From positions 22,568,001 to 22,632,000 of the forward strand of contig OZ287753.1 in assembly GCA_965649765.1 (NCBI GenBank): a DNA stretch of 64,000 nucleotides, written 5' to 3'. Positions 38,691 to 51,045 of the stretch are shown here, in pieces. Numbering within the stretch: position 1 is the stretch's first letter; the number at the start of each line of letters is the position of its first letter. The position numbers and the translations under genes are program-made. Under the pieces are notes generated by a model. The model saw nothing but the letters and a program-made list of their open reading frames with translations. It was not told where the DNA came from and did not search any database. This stretch comes from Bispira polyomma. Lineage: Eukaryota.

Positions 38691-39780
38691 AGAGGACAGA
38701 GAACGTGGACAGTGTGAACGCTGCTTTAGCGGTATTAGGATTGCGCTCCACTGAGTGCTCTTGTTTTAAAAATGTTATGATGTTTTGATACAGGGAGTTT
38801 ATTATCATTCCTTTTATGGTCATTGATTGGCCTTGGATGACGTGCCACCTTTGAACATCAGTAAGGCATACCTTATGAGTTCCGGTAATTTTCTCCCCCC
38901 ACCCCCCCCACCCCCCCAAACTGCTCTCAGAACCTCCGGCAATCAACGTTAATGTGCTAAATTGTTACAAATCTCTGGCTGTGTCTTTGATTTACCAATT
39001 GCTCTGATGTCCCCCTTTTTATGTAAGGATCTTCACAAACACACACAGGAGCCGGACGGAAAATATAAAAAGAATAATAACCGCAAAAACGGCGGCCTGG
39101 CTTTTGTTGTGCTTTATGCCATGTCACTACATCACAGGCAAGTAATGGGGAAGATGACAAGAAAAAGAATAATGGCTGATTTTTATACCCTCACATCCAT
39201 TTGATGGGGGAACTTAGGGGGGGGGGAGGAGTTAGTGAAACTGCATCCCTCGCTCCGACATGGATATCTTTGGTTATTTCAAGGAAAAAATGAACAGAAC
39301 TGAAACATCAAAAGCCCTTTGAGTGAAAGGGGCAGGCGTAGCAAGGGGACTTTTATCTGAGTGGCAAGCGGAAGTGATTTATTCACTGATTACTTGCTTT
39401 CATCCTGTTTGGGGCAATGTGTGAGAAATCAATGATATTTCTGGAGTGTGGGGTGATGTGAGGAGGGTAGTGAATTGTAGTGTCCAATCTCAGTGTCAAC
39501 TGGCCACATGTAAATAATTTTTTCAAAAAACCTTAACTCACCTGATACAATAGTAAAACTCCTCTAGTTTACAAACTTCTCTATTTTTGTTAATCCAATT
39601 AGCAAAATGTATGTACAGTACCAACCCCTGTTATATGAACTTCTGTTATCTGCATATTTAGTTTTAGTAACTTAATTTTTCCCTCCCAAATATAAACTTT
39701 CCTGTTGTTTTTTAACTAAATATATACCTCTCCTATGTACAGGAACAGAGTATTACCCTCCAAGGATGTTTGTATAATTA

Positions 39781-40040
39781 CCAAATAGGAAAATTCGCAC
39801 GCGCTGCATTCCTGTCGGGCTACAGTTGAATGGAACAAGCTTCCTCAGAATGTCTAATAGCATACAATCCTTGGTCTCAGATGCCAACTTAAAACATACC
39901 TCTTCAAACTGGCATCCTTCGTTTCTTATCTGGTTGCATGCTTTTTTGTAACAACCTTTTTATCTGGCCTTGGACCGTCCCTTTTTGCATATAAGCGCCT
40001 TGGAGGATGTTCGGCGCTCTAAAAATTCTTCAGTTATATT
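39781..40040 (+). mobile_element. L2/CR1 LINE 3' fragment inserted into a TACAGT MITE (39615-40055)
   Basis: cttaaaacatacctcttcaaact (LKTYLFK-like) and aagcgccttgg...ggcgctctaaaaatt tail; tataat on both sides. Confidence 0.6.
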
Positions 40041-41872
40041 ATAATGGAGGTTTCTTATAACTTATTACATCTGTCAGTATAAAATCATACATTAACACTT
40101 TAAGAGAGTTTTACCCTGGAAAGTCATAAATAGCTAAAAGGGTATTGTTAAAAACATAAGCAAGCATAAATGTTCTCTTTATACTAATATATATATATGA
40201 ACTCTGTTACTGAGATAGATGAAGGAACTGAAGGTGATTTTTTGAATATATTGTAAACTGTTAACAGAAATTTTTTATTACTTTTTGTTATTAGTAGGGG
40301 AAAAAATTATTATTATTAAGGTATAAAAAATAACCTAGAGATGACAAACCTACTATTAATCTTGGTTATCAGTGATTTAGTTTATAGATTTCAGTCAAAC
40401 TTGTCATTATTGTTTTCATTATTGTCCTTGTTTTTTTTGTATTGTAACCATGTGATCCAATAAAAATATTAAAAAAAAAAAAAAAAAATAAATAAAATAA
40501 AGGGTATTGTTCCGCATCGCTAGTGGCGGGGTTGAAGACAACTTCCCATATGCTACAGTTAGTGGGAAATATGTGTGTCATGGTCTGAACTCATTTTGAC
40601 CTTAGAAATAAGACAACCTTAAAAGGATGGTTATTTCTATGAACTACTGAGTGAAATGTCAAGGTCTGGCTTCAATTTGATATTGGCCATTTGGTTCTTG
40701 TTTCATGACCTTGAAATTACACTATTTTGTTCCGATATTAGAAAGTTTGTAAGATAGAATAAATAGACCTTTTAGTACAAAACAATTGCAAAAAGAATAG
40801 TTATGAAATTACATTCATAAAACCAAATATTTGGATAGTTCTAGTAGAATAGAAGTCTGAATAACAGATATTCTGCTGTATATTTGACCTTTATTTTGAT
40901 AGACAACAATAATAAGGTTACAATGCTTAGTTGTAGATTGCAAGGTCAAAATCGCTAATTGTGAGACAACATAATTAGAAGGGCAAGGGGATATGTTTCA
41001 TTGGGTCACAGATATTTAACAGCTTTGTTCTTTGAATTGTCAAATGCACAACAATCGCTGAACTAAAGGAGAAACAAATTTTATATTAAAAAAATAGGGT
41101 TTGGTAGGCTTGTAAACGACACATTTTTGCATAATTTGACTGCAATCACTTTGCCGACAGACTGTCTGCTTGAAAGTGACCCTTGTACCAACTGCTCCCA
41201 TGACACCGACTGGTTTTAGACATGTCCCTGTGATGTGTCCTCGGCTACTGTGCAGTAAAATTTGTAAAGACTTTCAAGTGCAGCAGTGAACCGGAAAGTT
41301 TGGCCAAGGTAACAGTGATGAGGGTAGCCTTCTGTGTCAGATGTATAAAACCCCAGTTCCAATTATCAAAGCCCTCTAAATCTGACCAGTGTCTGAATAC
41401 AGCTTGGAAAAATAGCAGTTTGCTGTGGACACAGAAGAACACTGGCATCAGATACTCACATGTCCATGGAATATGTCTGCAAATTGTAATACAAGTTATC
41501 AGGTAATGATGGGAAAAAAGTTTGTCTATGACCCCGGGGGAAATGGTCCTTTTTATTTATGTTTTTAACCATTGTTTTGTACATTGGTTTGTCTGTTGTC
41601 AAGATTACACAAACACTACTAAACCAAGTTGCTGGAGGGATGGGACATGAGCCAAGGAGGAATCTTTTAAATTTTGGTTAGCAGGGTGGGATCCAGGGAA
41701 TTTTTTGTCAGCTGATGAAGTAGCCGACATATTGCAGCGAGTTCGGTCTTTATTTTTTCTCCCTTTCTTGGCCAAATATTTTTTTTATACCTGTATTGTA
41801 TTTTATTGTAGATTTTAAAATTTTCTTACCATGCAAATTCAGAACCCATAAACCATTAATCAATATCATAAC

Positions 41873-42540
41873 AACTAGAATTGGGCCAACTCAGAGGGGG
41901 CCATCAGTAATGGGAGCAATCAGTAATGGCGCATTTTGTAGTGATCTGTGTATGTGTGTGAATTTCCACCCCCAAATGCAAATTGTCTGTCTACATCGGA
42001 GATTTGATAAAACATGTATTTGCTATAGATCTCCTTTCAATGAGTGAAAATAGTTTCATGATTATAAACATCATGGTCATCATGACACTACAGTGACATT
42101 CTGTCAAAGAAACTGATGTAGGTATTTACCTAATATACTTACATAAAAATTTTGGTGATGATTTCTGCAATAGTTCTCTTTCAAATCTTCCATCGGTTTA
42201 GGCTGTTTTCACAATTTCGCCAATGGCGGCCATCTTGTTTTTGAAACGAGCCCAAAATCAATACCAGGCAAGCTACCGATCTTATACAACTCCATATAAT
42301 ATTTAGTGATATCTTCAATACTTCTACTTAAAATGAGCGGAAACAGCTTTCACCTTTCATCGATGGCGGCCATCTTGTTTTTTTTTAAACTGGCCCAAAG
42401 TCAATACCAAGCATGCTACTGACCTAATACATCTCCAAGTAAAATTTGGTGATGATATCTGCAATATTTTTTCTTTAACTGAACGCAAATCACAGTTCCT
42501 GTACTGCAGACATCAGCTGCCACCATTCACAAAGTTCATA
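41873..42540 (+). mobile_element. Helentron-like element with two ~140-bp internal repeats (atggcggccatcttgttttt)
   Basis: aactaga start; repeats at 42223 and 42363. Confidence 0.55.
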
Positions 42541-43611
42541 TGTTCATCCCTAATTGTCTACTGGACATGGATGTCATCCCCCAATGACCGTTATGAATGT
42601 TACAAGGATTTAAACTAAGGATTTTTGCTCTGTTCAGGCTTCTGGAGACCAAAACTGTTCTTTGTGAGTTGCGTTGATTTAAACTTTGAGACTGGGTCAA
42701 ATTACCCACTGCTAACTTAATGGGATCATTTTTGTATCTTCACTTGCAGAGATGTCGAACATCTAGCGAAGATGTCTTGGTGCGTAGTGAATTTTTAGTG
42801 TTCACTTTCTCATCATGACTATAACTGATATAACTATTTAAACCACAAAGCTGCCTCATTTGTAAACATAATGGATATGTTATCAAAAGAATCCTGTTTT
42901 TTAGATTCAGATGACATGTTTGTGTTGCATTTTCAATCCAGTCATTTGCATCGAAGCAAAAGTTTAGTCTGGAAAATGTAACGTTAGACAGAGTGAAAGT
43001 GTGTTTTATTTGAGGTAAAGTTTCAGTTGATTTGCTGCATGTATATTTTTCAGTTTTAATAAATCTGATGTGTTCATGGATAAATGTATAGAAGCATAAT
43101 AGCCAGAGATATCTCCCTGGTAGCAACTTGTGCTGTAATTCATCACTTTACTTTAGTCATAACTGGTTGGTACCGCAAAGGTTTTTTAGAACCACTGAGC
43201 CCCCCTAAAAGCCATCCTTTTCAGTGATCGGCCCTATTAAGAGACTGCATATCTGGTGATATGTACATTTTAAGTGTAATGTCATGCGAGTAAAAGTCAA
43301 CAACCGAGGCATTCAGATAACCTTTTGACCTGTCAACTTTGACCTTTGACAAATAGTGCCACACACACACACTTACAAGTTGTTCCTCAAACGACTTGGG
43401 AAGAACAAGTATTGGCTAAAGTGCAGAATTCTTCAACTGGACGCAATCTTGAAATATTGTCCGTTAATATGTGCAGATTTATTGGTAGACTGGCACATTA
43501 ACTATCACAGAATTCAGGTTGTGGGTTCTCATATCCACTATCTCAAGGTTAGTATTAAGTGTTATCCTTAAGGTTTAATGTTCTAAGACAAAACATTTAA
43601 AAAACCCCAAC

Positions 43612-44128
43612 ATGTACATATTCCTACTTGTGATATATGCATGGTTAGAGAATTCTGCAATTATTCTTGAGCCTTGTTCTGACAACCGCAGGTTCCTCAA
43701 ATAAAGGAGGCATTTTAGTGCATGTATAAACAACTGGAACATATGAATTTGAGAGAGTGAAAGTACAGTAGAACCTCAACTATTCAAACTTCTGTTATCT
43801 GAATATTCAATTTTATGAATCCATTTTCACTCTTTCCAAATTAGGTTTTCCTATTGTTTTGAACTAAAATGCCTCTTCTATTTTATAAACTTTCTATTAT
43901 CTGAACAAACTCCTGCTCTCATAACATGTTCGGATAATAGAGGTTATCCTATAAATCGATAGATTTGAGTCCTTGTAGAACAAAAGCCAACATACTAGAG
44001 AGGATGAAGTTTGATTTTATATCTTACATAAAAGACTGCAACATCTTTAAGACAACAACAACACATAACCACTGAGGTTCCGCATCCATACTGCAGTAGA
44101 TTTGAGATAGTTTGTCAAATCTATTAAG
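43612..44128 (+). repeat. Direct duplication, copy 1 (517 bp)
   Basis: Near-identical to 44910-45424. Confidence 0.95.
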
Positions 44129-44909
44129 AACAACTTCACTGGGGCGTTTAGCCGAGTCCGACTTTGAGTTGGAATCTAATTTAGCAGGTTTTGGCTTTGA
44201 TGAGCTCTTCGACTTGTGAGTCGACTTCCCCCCCGAAGATTTTGCAGACTTTGCGGGATCTTTCTTACTAGTCGTAGAGTGCTTTTCAAACTCGTCCATT
44301 CTAGTTGCTAGGCAACTCATCTGCGTCAATAACAAAGCCAGAGATTCCTGAACCGTTGGGACAATGGGAGTATTTTCAAACAATGTTCTGATCAGTATCT
44401 TCCCCCAGTAAAGCATCTTCCATTGACTTAACTTGTGCTTTTTGGTTATATTTAAGATACCTTGCTTTTACAATATCTGATTGTTCATCCGTGAAAGACA
44501 AGCAAATTTTGCAAACTCCCGCTATGTCTGGTCCACAAAGATCATATCTACCCTCATATCTGCATCTAATGCAAGCATCATGCTGATCCCAGGCCAAAAG
44601 CCAGTGTTTACAAATACAGCATTGTCTTTTTACAACATTAGAAGTATCATCCGCCATAATATCAATAAAAAAACGAAAATTCCTTAAAATTTTTCCAATA
44701 TGACTGTGTACACTAAGACGGTCAAAAACATTGTGAAGATTCAAATGAGGTCACCTGACCTTCTTAATTGGGGGTTAATTAGTACACCACTGAACCACAG
44801 GTATTAAGGTAGTATGATAGCTTTTTTCAGCTATTTAACCGTGGTTAAGTTGACGGCCATCAACTAAAGCGTTTGTTAGGACGAGGTAAGTGTATTTTAT
44901 GCAATAAAA
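44129..44909 (-). mobile_element. 5' fragment of a DIRS-type (tyrosine-recombinase) retrotransposon: frameshifted gag/ORF1 with N-terminal Cys/His finger
   Basis: ATG at 44657: MADD...CCICKH...DQHDACIRC...C...CKIC (C-x2-C...D-x-H-x2-C-x2-C...C-x2-C); continues after a frameshift into a predicted coiled-coil and Ser/Lys-rich segment, then is truncated at copy 1. Confidence 0.65.
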
Positions 44910-45424
44910 ATGTACATACTCCTACTTGTGATATATGCATGGTTAGAGAATTCTGCAATTATTCTTGAGCCTTGTTCTGACAACCGCAGGTTCCTCAAAT
45001 AAAGGAGGTATTTTAGTACACGTATAAACAAGTGGAACATATGAATTTGAGAGAGTGAAAGTACAGTAGAACCTCAACTATTCAAACTTCTGTTATCTGA
45101 ATATTCAATTTTATGAATCCATTTTCACTCTTTCCAAATTAGGTTTTCCTATTGTTTTGAACTAAAATGCCTCTTCTATTTTATAAACTTTCTATTATCT
45201 GAACAAACTCCTGCTCTCATAACATGTTCGGATAAGAGGTTATCCTATATATCGATAGATTTGAGTCCTTGTAGAACAAAAGCCAACATACTAGAGAGGA
45301 TGAAGTTTGATTTTAAATCTTACATAAAAGACTGCAACATCTTTAAGACAACAACAACACATAACCACTGAGGTTCCGCATCCATACGGCAGTAGATTTG
45401 AGATAGTTTGTCAAATCTATTAAG
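44910..45424 (+). repeat. Direct duplication, copy 2 (515 bp)
   Basis: Near-identical to 43612-44128; a few substitutions and one 2-bp deletion. Confidence 0.95.
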
Positions 45425-45529
45425 TGGTAGGTCAAATTAGTGACTTAGTGAACAAAGTAAAGGTGAATAAATGACTAGGACCACTTGGTAATTGCTATGA
45501 AGTTTGCCTATTAAGAACGTGTCTCACTT

Positions 45530-46068
45530 TCAAGCAATACAGAATACTCTAGCTCGTATCATCACTCGTACGTCAAAGTGTTCCCCCACATAACTCCTGT
45601 TCGCCAAGATTTACACTAGCTTCCTGTTAAATTTTGATGTTCGTTCAAAACTGCCACACTGGTCTAAAAGTCTCTCAATACAGGCCTCCCAAAATACTTC
45701 CGCCCATATTCCACCCTTTAATCTCAGTAAGTCAATACCAGTTGTGGTAATCCTAACAAATTTTTCATCAATGTTCCCACCTTTGATTGCCTCATCCACA
45801 AATCAAAAGCCGCTTTTAATCATGGTTTCTTATAAGCTACACCCAAGTTATGGAATGACCTACCACAAGATATTAGGTGCTCATCTTCTCTTTCAACCTT
45901 TAGAAGCAAGCTTAAGAACTATCTCTATTAAAAAGTTTATCCCACCTGAATTGGTCTGACCACCATCGACTCCCTTTCTGGCAACGACAATTTTTTCTGT
46001 CCACCTACGCCTTAGAATCCGCTAGTACGGAGACTAAGTGCCATTAAGGAGTTGATTAGATTAGATTA
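45530..46068 (+). mobile_element. L2-clade LINE 3' fragment (decayed ORF2 C-terminus)
   Basis: Translates with disruptions to IQNTLARIITR...HITPVRQDLH*LPV...FKTATLV*KSLNTGLPKY; ends in an (attag)n tail. Confidence 0.85.
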
Positions 46069-46915
46069 CTACAGTTAGAGTAAGTACAAAATAAAAATGG
46101 CAAGCTGAGCAGTATTCTGTACAGGGGCACGGACAGACTGACAAATGGACTGACACGGATATAGCCCGTTTCTATACCCTCGTAATATACCTTAAAATGA
46201 TGATAACAGGACAACATGTTGATAGAACAGCTCTATATCCTTTGTATCATAAACTAAGCTCATTAACCTCATCTCCAGATTAATTTCATTTCATTAAAAC
46301 AACAGATTAATTTCATTTGATTAAAACAACAGATTGATTTCATTTAAATTAATTTTTTATTATAATTCTCGAGTTATATTTTAGTAATGATAACATTTTG
46401 TGGTCAATGCGTGAGACACCAACAATCTGACACAGGTTACAAGCCATTATAATACTAGCATAGAACTGGGCTGGGTTTACTTAATACAACAGAAGAGCAG
46501 TTGCCATATTCTTGAAACATTTCAAGCTCAAAACAAATTTAAAGTCCATATATCTCTGGTTAGAGTAAAGTTAAGTGAAATCTGAATGCATTGAATTCAG
46601 CGCTAAACGCCTTTACATGAGTTAAGTTTTACCTTGACTTTCTTTCAAAAATACTGGCCCAGGTCTGCCAATCTCTGGCTAGACAAAGTAAAGTAAAACA
46701 TGACTACATATTTAAGTTCAGCACTCTAAGCTCTTCTTAAATAAATGATTACAAGTATAGGTTATTTCCATATACAGGAACTTACTTCCATACATTTTAA
46801 TACATAGTCCAGACTCTAAATATAGTCAGATTTTACTAGCAAGAAAAATGGATACCTTAGATTTGAGCTTAAGTCCGAGTTGAGCTTGAGATTTGTTAAA
46901 GAATCTGGCCATTAT

Positions 46916-47395
46916 TATGAGAAGCTACAAACTAGAGAATCCAGCCATTAGGATTTACAAACTAGAGAATCCAGCAATTAGGAGTTACAAACTAAAGAAT
47001 TTAGCCATTACGAGCTACAAACTAGAGAATCCAGCCATTATGAGTTACAAACTAGAGAATCCAGCCATTAGGAGCTACAAACTAGAGAATCCAGCCATTA
47101 TAAGTTACAAACTAGAGAATCCAGCAATTAGGAGTTACAGACTAGAGAATCCAGCCATTATGAGTTACAAACTAGAGAATCCAGCCATTATGAGCTACAA
47201 ATTAGAGAATCCAGCCATTAGGAGCTACAAACTCGAGAATCCAGCCATTATAGAAATTAACAAACTAGAGAATCCAGCCATTATGAGTTACAAACTAGAG
47301 AATCCAGCCGTTATGAGTTACAAACTAGAGAATCCAGCCATTAGGAGTTACAAACTAGATAATTCAGCCATTATAGAAATTACAAACTACAGCTA
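46916..47395. repeat. 30-bp minisatellite (agttacaaactagagaatccagccattatg), about 16 copies
   Basis: Direct tandem units; produces the SYKLENPAIM/R repeat ORF 46893-47396. Confidence 0.95.
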
Positions 47396-47609
47396 AGTAC
47401 TCAGTGCACAAAAAGTGAAAATTAACTAAAACAACAAAACAGCTCACAAATTCAGAAATTTGTTATGAAAAAAGTAACATTTACAACTTGTTCACAAAAG
47501 AAAGGTTCTACTTGGAAGTACTATATGGAATAATATTATAAAACTACAGCCTTTTAAGGATCAGACTCATTCATTCACCCAAGAATGTTCGGATATTTCT
47601 ATAGAATTT

Positions 47610-47845
47610 TTACCTCTGCTAAGGAGATTATGTTTTCATTGTGTCTGTTGGGGGTTTGTTTTTTTATCACCAGGATTATACAAATACCACTGATCAGATT
47701 TACAGGAAATTCGGCGAAGCAATGGGCCAAGGAAGAATCCATTAAATTTTGGAGCAGAACCAAATATAAGGACAGATCCAGGAGGTTTTTTCTGACCTTT
47801 TCACACTATGGAGCCTTGGTGGAGAGAGGTATGCACTCTACAGAT
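47610..47845 (+). mobile_element. ttacctc(t)gc(t)aaggag-type non-autonomous Helentron-like element; degenerate relative at about 41560-41710
   Basis: ttacctctgctaaggagattatgttttc start; ccaaggaagaatccattaaattttgg; ttggtggagagaggtatgcactct end. Confidence 0.6.
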
Positions 47846-48744
47846 TACAGAGTGTCCTTCTTGTTACTGGTTTTTTCTTAGTCAACACAAACTTAGGCTA
47901 GAATCCAGTTTGCTGGTACCAATGTGACGTCACAAATTTCACCTTAAAAATTTAAGAAAAGGTTTTGGGGGCTTTACCTGCAAGTTTTGCTAAATATTAT
48001 ACACTATTTCTTTTTAACAACAGAATATCTATTAATGCTTTATTTTATCTTATTGGTGTAGCAGTTGCTTTAAAAAAAAGACAATTAAAAATGAACATTT
48101 TTTCCCACATTTGAAAAGTGTTTGTAAACAACCGTAAATGGTACTGGTAAAGTGCATTTGGCCCAAAGCTGAATACCAAAACGTGTGCTATTATATCACT
48201 GTAAGGGAAGCCATTTCAGAAGGCATTAATAATGTTTAGGTAACCTATTTCAATATACACCTTATTATAAATAATACATGTGGTAACAAACACTTGATAT
48301 TCTGTAGGTTTAAAAGTTACTCAAAACTACCACTACATATGCACATTATACAGAATATAAAACTGAATTATTGAAAGATTAAAATAAATAATGCTAACAA
48401 AAGTGAATTATATTACACAGCTATACATATACACAAATAATCTATCAATTCAGACATTGAGAAATATCACAGGTCTTTATTCTTTATACATTTGCAACTA
48501 AATCTTCCACAAAAGCATCTGAAAAAATACTTATATAAGAATAGCATGTATCAATCACACGCACACAGGTACGTTATAGCTAATAGAACGTCTACATTTC
48601 TTTGCAATGTTCACACAGATACAGTATGTATACCAGTATTGTATACCTCAATATCAAAGATAGTTCATGCATCAACTTTTGTTGTATTGCCTATACGGAA
48701 AGTTGACAAACTTTTGTTTAGTGTATATAGACATATTCAGTGTT

Positions 48745-49030
48745 AAAAGTCGCACCATTTAATTTGGAAATAATGGTGACAGAACTGCTGAAATCCATTG
48801 AGAAATAAGTTTTAAGTTGTGCCTTAAAATTAAAAAAAAAAATCTCTCTAAATTTAGCAATAATATTAACATACACCCATGTGCATATTTGGTATTAAAA
48901 TTTGCACCATTTAATTTGGAAATAATGATGACAGCACTGCTGAAATCTGTTAAGGAATAAGAAAGTTATGGCTTGAAATTGCTTAAAAATCTATCTCTAA
49001 ATTGATGTATTTCAGCAACATTATTAACGT
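48745..49030. repeat. Two-copy ~150-bp tandem duplication
   Basis: gcaccatttaatttggaaataatg.tgacag.actgctgaaatc occurs twice. Confidence 0.8.
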
Positions 49031-49178
49031 ACTGCTATGCCGCACTCAGGTGCATGAGAATGATATTTTAAAGAAATTTGCCACTAATTTCATATAAATA
49101 CACAATTCTAAGTACAGTTATTTAAAAAGCTTTAACATTCAGTCACTTGTTTGTCCCGATTAAGACTCTTATGATCTC

Positions 49179-49184
49179 TTTATT
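49179..49184 (-). promoter_or_regulatory. Candidate polyadenylation signal of CEP112
   Basis: AATAAA on the - strand about 650 nt after the stop; other candidates at about 48476 and 48039. Confidence 0.3.
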
Positions 49185-49835
49185 TACAATATTACTACTG
49201 TTTTTCACAAATCTAAAAATAAAAAGTATCAGTTAAGTGTCTCCGAGAAATGACAAGTTTAAAACATTGAGTCTTACTACATCCATTTTCCATTATTTCT
49301 ACAGGGATCACAAGTAAGGCCTCAGAGTATATTACATGCTCAATGTTTCAAATTTGGATGCAAAAATAAAGTAAAACATCATTACTAATGAAAGCTGTAT
49401 GTATACCCCACATATTACGTCTAAAACAAGCTTTTGAACACAAGACTCAAAGAGAAAAGTTTTCTCAAACCGATTTTTCAGCAGTGGTCGAGTTCTTTGG
49501 ACTCAATGGGACCCAATTGCCATTACTGACTTTTTAATAACAAATTTCCTGTAGCATAATTAGAAATGACATTTTAACAAGGTACCTCAGAAAACATCAG
49601 TATGTATATATTCAGACATACACATTTTTAATACATACATATGTTCTCTAAATTTGGGGTAAACAATACACATCCTCACAACTTCACCCAATAGTAGGGC
49701 CAATTACAATGAACTTTCCATATGACATTAATTCCTGAGATATGGCCCAAGATAAGTTTTTGTTTAATACAAAGGTCACAACTGTCTAAGGTCACTGGTG
49801 GCTACCCCCCTCGTGCCCCCACCTTTTGGGGGAGT

Positions 49836-50027
49836 CTAGCCAACCTCTTTAAGAGCAGACTCCATAGTTTTGGATGAGTGTGTGGAGGAGAAGGTGTTTG
49901 TTAGGCTGTGTGGGTGGGTGGGGTAGAGTTTACTGGTAGGGTAATCCAACTCGTCCTGTAGTAAGACACACCGAGACTGTAGTGACGCCACCTGTGATTT
50001 GAGAGAACTAATTGTCTCCTCCAGCTC
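49836..50027 (-). CDS. CEP112: CEP112 (CCDC46) last coding exon (ELEETISSLKSQVASLQSRCVLLQDEL...KEVG*)
   Basis: tttttgtacag|GAG acceptor; 63 aa plus TAG; matches the human CEP112 C-terminus ELEDTISSLKSQVNFLQKRASILQEEL (recalled sequence). Confidence 0.88.
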   Translation of the reverse strand, partial: ELEETISSLKSQVASLQSRCVLLQDELDYPTSKLYPTHPHSLTNTFSSTHSSKTMESALKEVG

Positions 50028-50029
50028 CT

Positions 50030-50590
50030 GTACAAAAAGTACATGGAATGTTAACAGTATAAAACGTATATACAATATTAACAGTATAAAATGTACATAC
50101 AAGATTAACAGTGTAAAACCAAATGCAAATGCTTCAGCTCCTAACAAGTATACCTGTCAAAGTACATGTAACGTTAACAGTATAACACCAAAAGCACATG
50201 CTCTCAGCTCCTGTCCAAGTACATTTAACGTTAACAGTATAATATCAAAGGCAACCATCTCCTGTCAAAGTATATGCAACGTTAACAGTATAATATCAAA
50301 GGCAACCAGCTCCTGTCAAAGTATATATAACGTTAACAGTACTAAATCAAAGGCAACCAGCTAATGTCAAAGAACATGTAACATTAACAATATAAAACCA
50401 AAGGCAAATGCTCCAAGCTCCCGTAAAAATACATCATTGGTATACAAAATACAGTAATATATAACATTAACAATGTAAAACAGAAACTGCCTGTCCTGGG
50501 TCTTGTGCAGAACATGTATTTAAAAGAAAGAAATTAGGAATATAAAACATTAACAATATAAAATCAAAGGTGCATGCCCTAGCACCTGTA
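50030..50590. repeat. Degenerate ~51-bp minisatellite at the 3' end of the last CEP112 intron
   Basis: Repeated acgttaacagtataatatcaaaggcaaccagctcctgtcaaagta. Confidence 0.85.
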
Positions 50591-50624
50591 AGTACATCAC
50601 TGGAAAACAGAACATGGTTATAAT

Positions 50625-50856
50625 TTTTTTTCAGTTGAATATCGCTTTCAACAACTGTGTGTTATTTCGCGACGGGTAGATTATTGCTGGTGGAAATAAT
50701 GTGTGAACAGATACTTAAGGTTTTCTGCATTGTAACCTGGCAGCCTTCAGCAAGTCTTCTACTGCCAACTTGCCCACAAACATCCCGAGGTCGACATTTC
50801 AACCCATGACTGCAAAAGTGGTTGGCAAGAGTGTTATCTTAACACCACTCAGGCCT
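50625..50856 (-). mobile_element. Degenerate tRNA-derived SINE
   Basis: On the - strand: ggcctgagtggtgttaag box A, gggttgaaatg box-B-like; body and tail resemble the 9983 SINE. Confidence 0.6.
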
Positions 50857-51045
50857 AAATATGTTTTACGGTTTCCTGTTGTTTGATACACAAATGCCTC
50901 GATATTATGAATCTTGTATTATTCGAACAATATCGTACTCTCTAAACATAATAGAGCCTTCACTGTATTACAATAGATAATCTATTACTATTAACAAACA
51001 TCACCTGTCTGTATTGCACTACCTGTTTGTATTATAGTACATTAC

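Noticed and set aside
43612-45424. Canonical LTR retrotransposon
   Set aside because: The repeats lack a CA end and an evident PBS, PPT or TSD, and contain an old MITE; the internal ORF is DIRS-like and truncated.
46893-47396. 167-aa repeat ORF as a real gene
   Set aside because: Fully explained by a 30-bp minisatellite; no splice or promoter context.
49999-50364. 121-aa + strand ORF with CQSI-NVNSI repeats
   Set aside because: Translation of the ~51-bp intronic minisatellite, antisense to CEP112.
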